Positions 9,510 to 19,724 of a DNA stretch of 64,000 nt are shown in pieces (within the stretch, counting starts at the first letter, position 1; every line of letters starts with the position of its first letter). Source of the DNA: a virus; IMG/VR virus record IMGVR_UViG_3300027861_000010; one strand, 5' to 3'. The notes under the pieces are model-generated. The model did not search any database. It was given only the letters and a program-made list of their open reading frames with translations, and was not told where the DNA came from. The position numbers and the translations under genes are program-made.

Positions 9510-11069
9510 ATGTCAGTCTTCAGCTACCGAACAAATGACTTCGACGACCCTGATAAGTTGCTCGAGCTGTTGGGCAGCTTCTGGGCAACCACTTACCAAG
9601 GCAATGGATTGCTTGAGGACCTGACTCAGGTTACAGGTCAGATGGCTCAACAGACTCACCTGCAGTTTCTTGAGTTACTGTGCAGCATTTCTCGGATCGA
9701 CGTGCCTGTTTTTCACCAAGACAACTGGTACGGCCTCAGGATTCTCGAATCCGAACTGAACACTGATCAAAGCCTTATTGAAACGTACAACACACCGGCC
9801 AACGCCAATTACCAGGCCACAACTTCTCTAGCTTACGGTGAAGCGGGCGGACAGACCTACTATTCAGTCGTCAAACCTGAGGGTCTGGAAGATGTGAAGG
9901 TTATCTTCAATCGGTTAACCGCCCCTACGGTGCAGCTCACTAAAGGCGTTGATTATTGGATCCGCGATTCCGTTATTACCGTTCGGGACAATCCGTTCGA
10001 GAATCCGCTGATTCCTAAGCGAATGATCCTGAGCGGGAATGGAATTGTTACCGATCGGGAATGCGTGTTGTGGCTCTATCGAGGTCAATGGGACTGGGAT
10101 TTGATCTATGAGCAGTTCGGTTACGCCCTCCGCCTCAAGCTAAAGTCCAGTCAAGGGTACAAAGACTTCGTCAACGCAATCTTTGATGCGTTTGTGGAAG
10201 GTACGAGTATCCGCACACAACAACAGGCTCTTGCCGCGTCGTTCGGTGTGCCTTTGGTGAATGAAGCCGAGGAGGTTGTCGAGAACATCGTCAACGATGC
10301 AGACAAACTCAACGTCATCACCGATCAGCATGTCTATCAGTTCCCTCTGGGAACCACGACCATCGTTTCTGTAGGTGACACGGTACGGGCGGGTGATCCG
10401 TTGACCGACTTATTCCAGGTTTTTGAGCTGAACCGAGGCACGGAGATCGTGCCAACTGACATTTCAGCCATCTCCACCGGTCCTGGTGTACTTGGATGGG
10501 GCTTCTGGGGTGACTTGACCTGGGAGAACCAGGAACAGGCTCTCATTGTGGAGGACAACGTAGACGGGTACACGAAAGTCTCATGGGACCTCGGTGGCTT
10601 CCCTTTCGATGAAGAGAAGTTCTGGGATGACGTCCATACTGCGGGGGTAGCGGCCAACGAGACGTTGGCTATGCTGCTGGATGTTCGAGAGAACCCTGTT
10701 GGGCAACCCAAAGCGGCGTCATTACCTTCGACCGTCAATCCCTTGCAATTCCTGGCCGATAACCTCCTGCGGAACAACGCTTTCATCGTGAAAGTGAAGC
10801 CTGGAAGTCAACTTAGCGACCAATTGGCCTTCGTACCGGTCGATCAGCTCCGTAAAATCCAACCACCACACACTCTCATGATACTGATAGTTGAATTGGT
10901 TTATGCCGATTCGCCTGTTATCATGGAGGCTCCCGGGACTGACACGGAACCAGGATACGAAGAAACGGTCGGCGGGTTTCCCTGTATGGTTATTGGTGAA
11001 ACCCTGGATCCTGCCACCTACGTGGCCGAACGAGTGCGAACCAGCAAAATCGGCGGTCGCTGCATATAA
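9510..11069 (+). CDS. Probable baseplate/tail structural protein
   Basis: ~519 aa from ATG 9510 (GGAG RBS). Context between baseplate and tail-fibre genes; TSIRTQQQALAASFG resembles wedge gp7/tail-I-type segments. Confidence 0.5.
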   Translation: MSVFSYRTNDFDDPDKLLELLGSFWATTYQGNGLLEDLTQVTGQMAQQTHLQFLELLCSISRIDVPVFHQDNWYGLRILESELNTDQSLIETYNTPANANYQATTSLAYGEAGGQTYYSVVKPEGLEDVKVIFNRLTAPTVQLTKGVDYWIRDSVITVRDNPFENPLIPKRMILSGNGIVTDRECVLWLYRGQWDWDLIYEQFGYALRLKLKSSQGYKDFVNAIFDAFVEGTSIRTQQQALAASFGVPLVNEAEEVVENIVNDADKLNVITDQHVYQFPLGTTTIVSVGDTVRAGDPLTDLFQVFELNRGTEIVPTDISAISTGPGVLGWGFWGDLTWENQEQALIVEDNVDGYTKVSWDLGGFPFDEEKFWDDVHTAGVAANETLAMLLDVRENPVGQPKAASLPSTVNPLQFLADNLLRNNAFIVKVKPGSQLSDQLAFVPVDQLRKIQPPHTLMILIVELVYADSPVIMEAPGTDTEPGYEETVGGFPCMVIGETLDPATYVAERVRTSKIGGRCI

Positions 11070-11084
11070 CAAGGACAGTTTACT

Positions 11085-11678
11085 ATGGATCTACTTGGAT
11101 TACAGAACGTCCAAGGCCGCGTGCGGGCTCATGAGGTCTGGGGCGAGGAAGACTCGTCCCTCATCTGGACGCCGAAGACCAATTTCAAAAAGAACTTGGT
11201 TCTCAACCAGTGGGCAACCATTGTCGGTAAACTGCTCACCTCCGGTGATGCACGTTACCGTATCGGCGGCATGTACCTGGAGTTTGAAAACACTGCCAGT
11301 CCTGGTGACCCTGTCAGTGCTCCGACGTTCGACCGTACACGAGATGTCACCTACTACGATAACCTCGTAGCCAGCGGCGTTCGCGATTACCTCCGTGTGC
11401 CGATGACGGCCAGCCAGCTACTCGACGACGGTGCTGGGTTCGTGGGTAACCAGATCGTCTTCTTTGGCCGTAGCAGCGGAACCACTGGGGTTCACGGCAA
11501 AACCTTTTCCGATTCAGTCAACTCGACGATTTTCGGAGCTTCTCTGGTTGCATTCGTTGATAGTAACGATGCGACTCAGGACCTGCTGCTCAGCAGCTTC
11601 TACTTTGACGTTGCCGATCAACAGCAAAAGCTCTCAACCAGCCAAGTTGGCATTGAGTGGGAACTCACGCTTCAATAA
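11085..11678 (+). CDS. Probable tail/baseplate structural protein
   Basis: 197 aa; KKNLVLNQ...IGGMYLE...ASLV beta-rich pattern seen in tail-fibre-adjacent proteins; operon context. Confidence 0.45.
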   Translation: MDLLGLQNVQGRVRAHEVWGEEDSSLIWTPKTNFKKNLVLNQWATIVGKLLTSGDARYRIGGMYLEFENTASPGDPVSAPTFDRTRDVTYYDNLVASGVRDYLRVPMTASQLLDDGAGFVGNQIVFFGRSSGTTGVHGKTFSDSVNSTIFGASLVAFVDSNDATQDLLLSSFYFDVADQQQKLSTSQVGIEWELTLQ

Positions 11679-11692
11679 GGAGAAGCTCAAGG

Positions 11693-13519
11693 ATGAGCCT
11701 GGAACGATTCATCAAATTTATCAAAGAGGGAGAGCCGGTATCGCCGGGTACTCCCAACCGTCCGTTGCAACAGCTGGATCAAAACATCCAGTACCTGTGG
11801 CAGCTTATCCAAGCAGCGGAGCTTGGTTCGACGGTGTACGCCCGATCGCAAACCGTCTTATCGACAGTAGAGGAAGGTCAGCCGGTCTACCTTAACGCAA
11901 CGAACCAACAGTTCGAGCCTGCGTTTGCCTCTACTGAAACGGACGATGTCACCGGATACTTAATGGTATCTGATCAGGCTCAGGTCTGGGGTGTTGTTGC
12001 TGAAAAGCACAATGCCACGTTGGCTGACATTCTGTTGTTCGGTTACGCTCAGTTCGACATCTCAGCGGCTATTGCTGCTGACGAGTTGAATGGAGACGGA
12101 AGCGTGCCTGCAGGTACTTGGTACCTGTCCGGCAGCAGCGTAGGGTTCCTGACCCGACAACAGCCTCCCGTTTCAGTACCAGTCCTGAAGACTGATACTG
12201 CGGGCGGTGTGTTCGTTAATCCAAAGTTCGTCGACTTCCTCGAGAACCATCGGCATTACGTCTTTGACTTGGAGATGATGCCTGCAGGTAACGTAACACC
12301 TCCTGCGGTCGGCGGTACTCACGTTATTACCGGTGCTGATACCAGCCAGATCGGTTGGTTACCCGCGTCCGATGCGAGCTTTAATGGACTTGCTCCTGCT
12401 GGAGCCAAGTTCGGATACAACCTGGCTCAAAATCCGGATTTGAACAATATCTTTCCGCCGATTCCGTTGCAGTCAGCCAGCGTTCAAATGCAGCGTCCCA
12501 GTGTTTGGGATTCCGCGATGGAGCGTAAGTGGTACGGACAGCAGCTGATGGAGGACTTGGTCGTTGTTGATCGAAACGGCATCTGGTGGATGTCTGATTG
12601 TTACGACGAAGTCCCATGGGCAACCGATCTGGACACTGCCAGTTCCCTCAGTGAGAGCTTTGGCGATTGCGACCCAGGGAGTAAAGAGTACACATTGAAG
12701 CTGTACTACACCCGAGTCAATTTCGCTACGGACAACACAATCGTAAGGAGCCTCAGGTCTCTTGACGATCGTTTGGTCATTACCTGTGCAGGTAAGGACA
12801 GTGCAGCGGCTACAGGCGATCTCGAGATCGACCTGGACTTGACCTTGATGATTGGTGATCAGGATCTTCCCGGTTACATCGTCTTCAAGAGTTTCGACGC
12901 TGACACGAACACGTTCGGACTCGGCCCCGTCGCGGAAGGTATTTATGCCACGTCAGCCAACGTACTGCTTACCAGCCCTCTGCAAACCACAGACGGCAAC
13001 GGTAACGAGGTACATCATGGCCCTGTCGGTTTAGGCATTATCAATCAAGCAACACAGGAACTCTCCAGTCAACTCGTCAGGCTCGACGGAGTAACGGAAG
13101 AAGACTTCCCGGTGCTGTATCTCGGAATGCCTAACGACAACTCAACCAGTTATGTGGTGAAGTTCGAGGTTCCTGGTGACGCCCCAGCTAACTCAACATT
13201 TCAGTTCCGCCCAAGGATCATTGGTCGAGCCGCGGGAACGTTGCCGCAGCTGACCGTGACCTATTACAAGGCTACTCGACCGTCGGATGGGTTGAACACG
13301 CCGGAACTGGTGACCCAAAGCTACTCTGCAATGACAATCGTAACCGTTGCCACACTAGCTGCGGCGAACGAGTCTGTGGAGGCTCTCAGTACTGCCGTTA
13401 CGGTTGAACCTGGTGACATAGTTTACGTCAAGGTCGAACGCACCCCGGCAGACGTGAGTGACAGTTACAGTGGTGAATTGGGAATTATGCAACAAGTCGG
13501 TGTTCTGACGTCAGCCTAA
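11693..13519 (+). CDS. Probable virion structural (tail) protein
   Basis: ~608 aa from ATG 11693 (AAGGAG RBS). N-terminal GEPVSPGTPNRPLQQLDQN motif is typical of tail-fibre anchors; beta-rich. Confidence 0.5.
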   Translation: MSLERFIKFIKEGEPVSPGTPNRPLQQLDQNIQYLWQLIQAAELGSTVYARSQTVLSTVEEGQPVYLNATNQQFEPAFASTETDDVTGYLMVSDQAQVWGVVAEKHNATLADILLFGYAQFDISAAIAADELNGDGSVPAGTWYLSGSSVGFLTRQQPPVSVPVLKTDTAGGVFVNPKFVDFLENHRHYVFDLEMMPAGNVTPPAVGGTHVITGADTSQIGWLPASDASFNGLAPAGAKFGYNLAQNPDLNNIFPPIPLQSASVQMQRPSVWDSAMERKWYGQQLMEDLVVVDRNGIWWMSDCYDEVPWATDLDTASSLSESFGDCDPGSKEYTLKLYYTRVNFATDNTIVRSLRSLDDRLVITCAGKDSAAATGDLEIDLDLTLMIGDQDLPGYIVFKSFDADTNTFGLGPVAEGIYATSANVLLTSPLQTTDGNGNEVHHGPVGLGIINQATQELSSQLVRLDGVTEEDFPVLYLGMPNDNSTSYVVKFEVPGDAPANSTFQFRPRIIGRAAGTLPQLTVTYYKATRPSDGLNTPELVTQSYSAMTIVTVATLAAANESVEALSTAVTVEPGDIVYVKVERTPADVSDSYSGELGIMQQVGVLTSA

Positions 13520-13531
13520 CAGGAGGAATGG

Positions 13532-14485
13532 ATGCCACTTTCCCAATGGAATTTGGAGCTGCTGAATCATAATGCCCAACGCAGCTACCCGCTCACAGAT
13601 GATTCAACGAAAGTAGATACCACGGGATCGTTTACGATCCCTGACGACTTTCTGGTTGGTATGGACATACCTGTCTCTCCTGCAATGGACATGGAGACGG
13701 GTAAGTTTTTGATCCGCCAACTCGGGCTGTTTGCGTCAGGTATTCAGATCATTGTCGCTTACGACAACGGAACTGACCTGGTTGACGTAGGTACGGCGTT
13801 GATTCCCTCGAGCGGTGTGACTCGCAATACGGTCTTTGCTTTAGGCGGTATCGAACCGTTTGACGACATCAACGGCAAGGTAGTGATCGGCAAATTAAGT
13901 ACGATCCAGGAACAACCAACAGGGCTGTTCAACTTCACCTTGGCTAACGCCCGTATCGAACCGCAGGCGATTCGGCCAATGATTCGTGGCATCTCCGCCA
14001 TGAAGGTGTCTAATGCTTCCGGTACCCTCAGCGAGAGGTTGTACGGCGATATCGAATTGGTGGCGGGCAGTAACATTCAGTTATCGACAGTGTCGAACGT
14101 CACGGAAACCAAAATCATCATCAGTGCTCTCAACGGAGAGGGTACGATTGTTGATTGTATCTGCGAAGGGGAGGCGGCGGACGCTCCGGCCATCAAGACA
14201 ATTAACGGGATCGGCCCCACCACGGACGGCAACTTCAACTTTGTTGGCGACGACTGTATTACTTTCACAGGAATCACCAGCGGCTTGAAGGTAACAGACT
14301 CCTGCTGTACGCCGTGCTGTGGTTGCGAAGAACTGGAGGCAATTACTCGAGACCTGGAACGTTTCAATGCCCAACGAGGGGCACTGGAGTTGTTCCTTAA
14401 CAACCTGGCGGCAGAGACAGCTACCTTCGGCACAACTGTGTTGGGTGCCCGGCTTGGCGATCGCCGCTGTTTAACTTGTGAATAA
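13532..14485 (+). CDS. Cys-rich tail-associated protein, paralog 1 of 5
   Basis: N-terminal LNHNAQRSYPL; C-terminal IKTINGIGP...GNF and CCTPCCGC followed by a coiled segment. Confidence 0.55.
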   Translation: MPLSQWNLELLNHNAQRSYPLTDDSTKVDTTGSFTIPDDFLVGMDIPVSPAMDMETGKFLIRQLGLFASGIQIIVAYDNGTDLVDVGTALIPSSGVTRNTVFALGGIEPFDDINGKVVIGKLSTIQEQPTGLFNFTLANARIEPQAIRPMIRGISAMKVSNASGTLSERLYGDIELVAGSNIQLSTVSNVTETKIIISALNGEGTIVDCICEGEAADAPAIKTINGIGPTTDGNFNFVGDDCITFTGITSGLKVTDSCCTPCCGCEELEAITRDLERFNAQRGALELFLNNLAAETATFGTTVLGARLGDRRCLTCE

Positions 14486-14490
14486 TCAAC

Positions 14491-16164
14491 ATGGCAAATA
14501 CGAGAGGTCGTCAGCCCATTGGCTTGAACCAGCCACCGGGCGGCGGCACGAATTATCCGCTGGTCGATCCAAGCTCAGATATCCAGTATCTGTTTGCCGA
14601 TCTATTCGTGTCGTTCGATGACCTTGCCGATGAAATTGTGTACCCACTTCGCATCGACTGGCTCTACAACTTCGGCAATAACTCCGTTCCGGTAATTCCA
14701 GGTTATCCAACGCCTACTAATGACCGAGACATCATCATTGTGGATGCCAATGATCTTGTTGTCTTCGATTCAACTCAGTCTGACCGGTTTACCGAATCTT
14801 TCTGGGACGGCAATCGCTTGCGAATTAACGAATGGGTCGTAGGCGAAAAGGTTTGCCGTACCGTAACGCATAACGAGTGGACACAAGCCGACATAGATGA
14901 AGGTTTTGACTTTCTTTACGACGACTACCTTGAACCGACGAACGGCATCCTTAATGGAGATGCCTGGTACGAACTACCTAAGCGTGTGACTTCTCTTCAG
15001 GTGGGGTTAACCAATGTCGCACAGACTCGTGTGGTTTTGGATGAGGGCTACAACATGGCCCTCGAGTACCTGGAAACTCCTGTCACTCCGGTATTAGACC
15101 TGCCCAGTTTCAATGCAACTCAGCAAGTAATTCCAGGAACACGAGTCACCAATAGAATCTCGTTGGCTGCGGAAGTCGGAGCAGGGCTCGGTGTATTTCC
15201 CGGCTGTGTGGATGCGGAGCAATACATTCGGACAATTAACCGTGTTCGCGGCAACACTCATCAGAACTTCGGTTACGACAGCGAAGGGTGCATTCGGACT
15301 CAACGTCCCGTTGGTTTGACGAGTCTGTCACCTCGTGAGTTTGATTATGCTTCGTTCGAGCTCAAACCCGAGGATTCAGCTTCAGCCATTGAAGTGCTCA
15401 ACGATTGTCAGAATTGCTGCGAGTGCGAGTACTTCGCTCGAACCTACCAAGGCATTAAACGGCAGTGGTTCCTTCATCAGGACATTGCTGAATTGGCGGA
15501 AGCTACTCGTGACCAGTACTCCGATAACCGGGACCGCTGGTTAGTTCAGAAGGCGATCCGTGAAGCTGATACCTTGCGGTTGCGGGTATCAGTAGATGGC
15601 AACTGCAAGATCAGTTGGGGCTTTGCTCACTGCAACGCGTCCAAGTGTTGCCTGAACAATATCACGGTTCAGTTGACTTGGTTGTATTACGTCAACGGAA
15701 TACTTCAATCTCCGAGCAAGGTCGGTTACGACTGCGAGAAAACCGAACTGGATGGTTCCGCTCAGTGCGATGGGCCGGAGAAGATCGTCATCGACATGGA
15801 TGAAACCGGACGACATGCGTTTGCCTTATGGGACTACAGTGACCCGCAGACTGTTACCACCTTGCAAGGACGTCATTGTTTTCCTGACTGTGCCGACTTG
15901 GAACCCGAAGCCCTAAAGGTCAGACTACATGCTGTAATTTACTGGGGCAGCTCAGGCTTGAACCCCAACAATGACGAAGCGTGTGTTTATCCGGAGCTAA
16001 CCGAGCCGGATTACCCTGCAGATGTTGTGACGACTTGGAACGAATTGGGGATAGCCATTCCGACGGGTCGAGCTCAGAAACTTACACCGTTGCTTCCCGT
16101 GAGTGACGCGAATCCGTACTGCGACCGATGTCCTTGCACTGAACCTGGCAGCTCAATTGGATAG
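14491..16164 (+). CDS. Cys-rich tail-associated protein, paralog 2 of 5
   Basis: N-terminal NYPLVDP; IRTINRVRG...NF and DCQNCCEC. Confidence 0.55.
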   Translation: MANTRGRQPIGLNQPPGGGTNYPLVDPSSDIQYLFADLFVSFDDLADEIVYPLRIDWLYNFGNNSVPVIPGYPTPTNDRDIIIVDANDLVVFDSTQSDRFTESFWDGNRLRINEWVVGEKVCRTVTHNEWTQADIDEGFDFLYDDYLEPTNGILNGDAWYELPKRVTSLQVGLTNVAQTRVVLDEGYNMALEYLETPVTPVLDLPSFNATQQVIPGTRVTNRISLAAEVGAGLGVFPGCVDAEQYIRTINRVRGNTHQNFGYDSEGCIRTQRPVGLTSLSPREFDYASFELKPEDSASAIEVLNDCQNCCECEYFARTYQGIKRQWFLHQDIAELAEATRDQYSDNRDRWLVQKAIREADTLRLRVSVDGNCKISWGFAHCNASKCCLNNITVQLTWLYYVNGILQSPSKVGYDCEKTELDGSAQCDGPEKIVIDMDETGRHAFALWDYSDPQTVTTLQGRHCFPDCADLEPEALKVRLHAVIYWGSSGLNPNNDEACVYPELTEPDYPADVVTTWNELGIAIPTGRAQKLTPLLPVSDANPYCDRCPCTEPGSSIG

Positions 16165-16175
16165 CCTCCCGAATA

Positions 16176-17888
16176 ATGTCGATCAGAAATAACCACTGGT
16201 ACAATCTCAATGAACAACGAGATTACCCAATAGATGACACAGCTTCTGCTTTGTCTGATCTGGGTGACCGGTTGCCTGCTGCACTGATCCAGGATCTTCG
16301 ACTTCGCTGGCCGACCACTTACGGTGAATACGCATTCATCAGTTCGGCATCCGTGACACCGCACGTTGTCACGTTCATGATTGAAGCTACCAACGACCTG
16401 GACAACAATCCAAGCAGTTCAGTATTGATTGCAGGCATCAGCATACCGCTGGCCGAGTTAACCCAAGGCCGCACTTACGTTCTGGAAACTTTCAAGGATG
16501 GTGTTGGCGGTTTCGTGACGATCGGCTCTGGCGTGGATGTGCTATTCAAAGGCACATTTGCTACGCCGCGGCAAACTTTACTGACACCAAGAGTTGCTCG
16601 AGCCAACAGAGTACCTCCGATTCCAACGGTCGGAATCGAGCAGGCTGCCAGTTCACTGCAAGGAGTGGTGAACCTGACAGCGATTACTCCACTTCAGTTG
16701 TCCAAAGAGACGCGTGTCATTGACGGCGTCGAATACGACAATGTGATTGTTGTTCGACTGGTCGAAGAAACTACCGAGATCGCTACAGACACGTTCGACG
16801 AGACAGTCTTCTCTCGTTTCGCTGGTCCCTGCGGTCGCCGTGTTGGGTCTAAGTCCTGTGTCGATCCTCAACCTGTCGAAACAATTAACGGTATTGGTCC
16901 CGATTGCGATGGGGTTTTGACTCTGGAGTTTGAGGGTTGTGCCACTGTTGGTAGGAACGTCTCGGACTGCGGTTTGATTATCGACTGTAACTTAGGGCTA
17001 TCCGACAGCTGCGATCCACCATACTTGCCTACACTGGACACAGGAGAGCTGCCGTCGGAAGTGGTGCCGCCTGTGCTCATCCCGCCGCCTATTCCACCAG
17101 AACCTCCAGTGGGTCCAGACGTCAGCATCAGTGAGGTAGCCACCACAATTTTGGCTCTGCCGTACTGTGACAGTTTTGACGAGGGGTTTGCTTACAACTT
17201 CTCGCCGGTAGGCACTTCGCTGTTTGGCATTATTGCTGATGACAGTCCCGGTGAAGACTTCTGCTGTGTAGGTCCTCCCCATTCTGACGAGAATTACGGT
17301 TGCGACACTTCTCAATCGCTCTCGATCAGCAGCAGTATTTTTGAGGTTGAGCAGCTTCCAGATGTTAATGCCAGTTACGGGGCAGTTGCGACTGCTGCTC
17401 AAGCTCGTAAAAACATTTCACTGTTCGTTTCAGATGTTCAGACGCTCTACCGTAAGTTCACGACCGATGTCAAGATTACGCCAGGACAGCCTGGCAGTTC
17501 CTTGAACGGCGGCATACTGGTCAACTACCAAACCACTATCAGCGGGTTGTCAACTTACTTCCTGGTTCAGTTGGACATACAGGCCAGCACCTTTGGCGTT
17601 TATTTCTTCAACGGCGTACAACTTGTGCAACTGTCTGAAGTAACTGTCACTGACGTTCGCTCTTCAGACTGGTACCGACTCACGTTCCAGATTGTACCTG
17701 ACACAATTTCGCAAACTTCTGTAGCGTTCCAGGCGTCAGTTGAAGGCATTACTGATCCCAGCATCTCTGTTCAAATCAACACGTCAGTAAGTTCCAATCT
17801 GTGGGGTACTGATTCGGGCTTGTCCGGACTCTATGCCAATCGGTCGCGTAGTTACTTCTCATTCTGGCGAATCGACGAGGCATCTTAA
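16176..17888 (+). CDS. Cys-rich tail-associated protein, paralog 3 of 5, with C-terminal beta-sandwich
   Basis: N-terminal YNLNEQRDYPI; VETINGIGPDCDG; Pro-rich linker; lectin/concanavalin-like beta-rich C-terminus. Confidence 0.55.
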   Translation: MSIRNNHWYNLNEQRDYPIDDTASALSDLGDRLPAALIQDLRLRWPTTYGEYAFISSASVTPHVVTFMIEATNDLDNNPSSSVLIAGISIPLAELTQGRTYVLETFKDGVGGFVTIGSGVDVLFKGTFATPRQTLLTPRVARANRVPPIPTVGIEQAASSLQGVVNLTAITPLQLSKETRVIDGVEYDNVIVVRLVEETTEIATDTFDETVFSRFAGPCGRRVGSKSCVDPQPVETINGIGPDCDGVLTLEFEGCATVGRNVSDCGLIIDCNLGLSDSCDPPYLPTLDTGELPSEVVPPVLIPPPIPPEPPVGPDVSISEVATTILALPYCDSFDEGFAYNFSPVGTSLFGIIADDSPGEDFCCVGPPHSDENYGCDTSQSLSISSSIFEVEQLPDVNASYGAVATAAQARKNISLFVSDVQTLYRKFTTDVKITPGQPGSSLNGGILVNYQTTISGLSTYFLVQLDIQASTFGVYFFNGVQLVQLSEVTVTDVRSSDWYRLTFQIVPDTISQTSVAFQASVEGITDPSISVQINTSVSSNLWGTDSGLSGLYANRSRSYFSFWRIDEAS

Positions 17889-18697
17889 TGGTAGGCATCA
17901 GGCATCCCGAATTTCTGAACGAACTTGAGAACACCAAGTATCCGTTCGTACCTACCGCAGCACTGTCTAACGGGTCGGACACCTTCCTTGAAGGTACGTT
18001 CCTGGATGCTCACCTCTACACGGTGACAGGTACGAATCGGTACTACATTTCAAATGTCAACGTAGCTTCCGATCGTTTGACGATCACTATCGGCGATGCC
18101 AATGAATCTAACCGGATGACTGGTGAAGTTGCTCAACCTATCATCGACGGTAACGTCAGATTGGTTGACGTCTACGGGCGGTCAGGCGGGATCCTTGTAT
18201 CCGAGCCTGTGCGTTTATCTTTACTGGCTGCTTGGGGTGTTGGCGACCACCGCTTCGAGCAACGACAGACTGAGTTTTGTGTGACTTGTCAGGTACCTGT
18301 GCCCGACCCAGGACTGACGGCAATTCGACTGGAAACTGGGGAGATCCTTTCAGGCAAGGTGTGGTTGGTAGGTGAAGATGGTGTTGTGCTGAGGACCGAA
18401 TTGACCACAGACAAGGATGGCAATACGGTTGAAGTCTTGCGAGTCGATGTGGTTGGCGACCCGCTTTACCTTCAGAGACTCTGTACGCCGGAAGAGTTGT
18501 TTTATCCGGTCAACCCGATCCGCACGTTGCGGGTGAAACAAGGAGAATACATTTACGATTGTGTTCCTGACGAACAAGGCAACTTCACTATTCAGATGAA
18601 CGATTCGCAGGTAGCTGATGCAGCTCTGCGAATACGTACAACCCCTGAAGGCATTGTTGTCACCGTCGAAGGTTCTACAAACGCAGGGGGAACATAA
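17888..18697 (+). CDS. Tail-associated protein, paralog 4 of 5
   Basis: N-terminal FLNELENTKYPF; PIRTL...PDEQGNF. Confidence 0.55.
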   Translation: MVGIRHPEFLNELENTKYPFVPTAALSNGSDTFLEGTFLDAHLYTVTGTNRYYISNVNVASDRLTITIGDANESNRMTGEVAQPIIDGNVRLVDVYGRSGGILVSEPVRLSLLAAWGVGDHRFEQRQTEFCVTCQVPVPDPGLTAIRLETGEILSGKVWLVGEDGVVLRTELTTDKDGNTVEVLRVDVVGDPLYLQRLCTPEELFYPVNPIRTLRVKQGEYIYDCVPDEQGNFTIQMNDSQVADAALRIRTTPEGIVVTVEGSTNAGGT

Positions 18698-18698
18698 C

Positions 18699-19718
18699 AT
18701 GGCTCGACCAAACTTCTTCAATGATAATGAAAATCGAACGTTCCCGTTCCAACAAGGGTCCGCAGGGATCGACACGCCTGCTTCAGGTGCTGTTGCGATG
18801 TACCAGATTCCTGACGACTTCGTAGTCGATTGTGGTTTCATCACGGGGCCGGAGTCAGGTTTCGTGGAGGGTGAGCATACGATCTTTCTCTACAAGATCT
18901 CCAGGCCGAGCAGTAATGTGATCTTGTTGGAGTTCCGGTCGGACGCTCCAGCGTTGAGCGACACTCCGTTAATCTTTTCAAGGAATACTTCAGATGCGGA
19001 CTTCACTACCGAGTTCCTCGAGAGCGACATTCCTGAGTATATCCCCCTCAGTCAGTCCGTTTCGTTGTCGCTTTCTGAATCACAAACAGTCGAGTGTGGG
19101 GAGCCTTTTTGGTCTGGTTATCTTGTTACCGGTTCTATGCAGTCTTTTGTTGATCGACTCAGTCTGGGCGGGACGATCACGAGGGCAGATACGACGGAGA
19201 CATTGGTAGAGCCTGCCTTGGTACAGAATTTGAACGAATGTCAGGTCGTTTCGTTAAATGTTGCAAATTCCGATCGTACTCGGGCTTTGCGGCCTGCGGA
19301 TTGTCCGCCGAACGAATGGAACTTCAACACCGGGGAGGTTTATGTCAACCGCGAATGTCTTCAGGGCGATGTAAGGTTAAGGGCCGGGTACAATGTTGCT
19401 CTGAATCAGATCGCGTTATCGAATACGATTCAGTTGTCAGCGATTGTAAACGCAGGATTGGGAGAACCATGTGAAGAGGTCAAATTGTTTCCAACAGAAA
19501 CACCTCCAAACGATGCTCCCAATAACTTGTTAGCCGGAGATTTTTATTGCAACGAAGTTTTGAGGTCGATTAACGGACTGCAAGGTCCAAACCTTGTAAT
19601 CTTCGCAGGAACAGGCGTATCTGTGACTGCCAATCAGGAAACTAACACCGTGCTGGTTGACGTCGATCTCGTCGACCTGTCCGCATGTACGTTTTCAGCT
19701 GTGTCCGAGTCGATCTAA
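18699..19718 (+). CDS. Tail-associated protein, paralog 5 of 5
   Basis: Start refined to ATG 18699; FFNDNENRTFPF; LRSINGLQG. Confidence 0.55.
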   Translation: MARPNFFNDNENRTFPFQQGSAGIDTPASGAVAMYQIPDDFVVDCGFITGPESGFVEGEHTIFLYKISRPSSNVILLEFRSDAPALSDTPLIFSRNTSDADFTTEFLESDIPEYIPLSQSVSLSLSESQTVECGEPFWSGYLVTGSMQSFVDRLSLGGTITRADTTETLVEPALVQNLNECQVVSLNVANSDRTRALRPADCPPNEWNFNTGEVYVNRECLQGDVRLRAGYNVALNQIALSNTIQLSAIVNAGLGEPCEEVKLFPTETPPNDAPNNLLAGDFYCNEVLRSINGLQGPNLVIFAGTGVSVTANQETNTVLVDVDLVDLSACTFSAVSESI

Positions 19719-19724
19719 CGGAGA

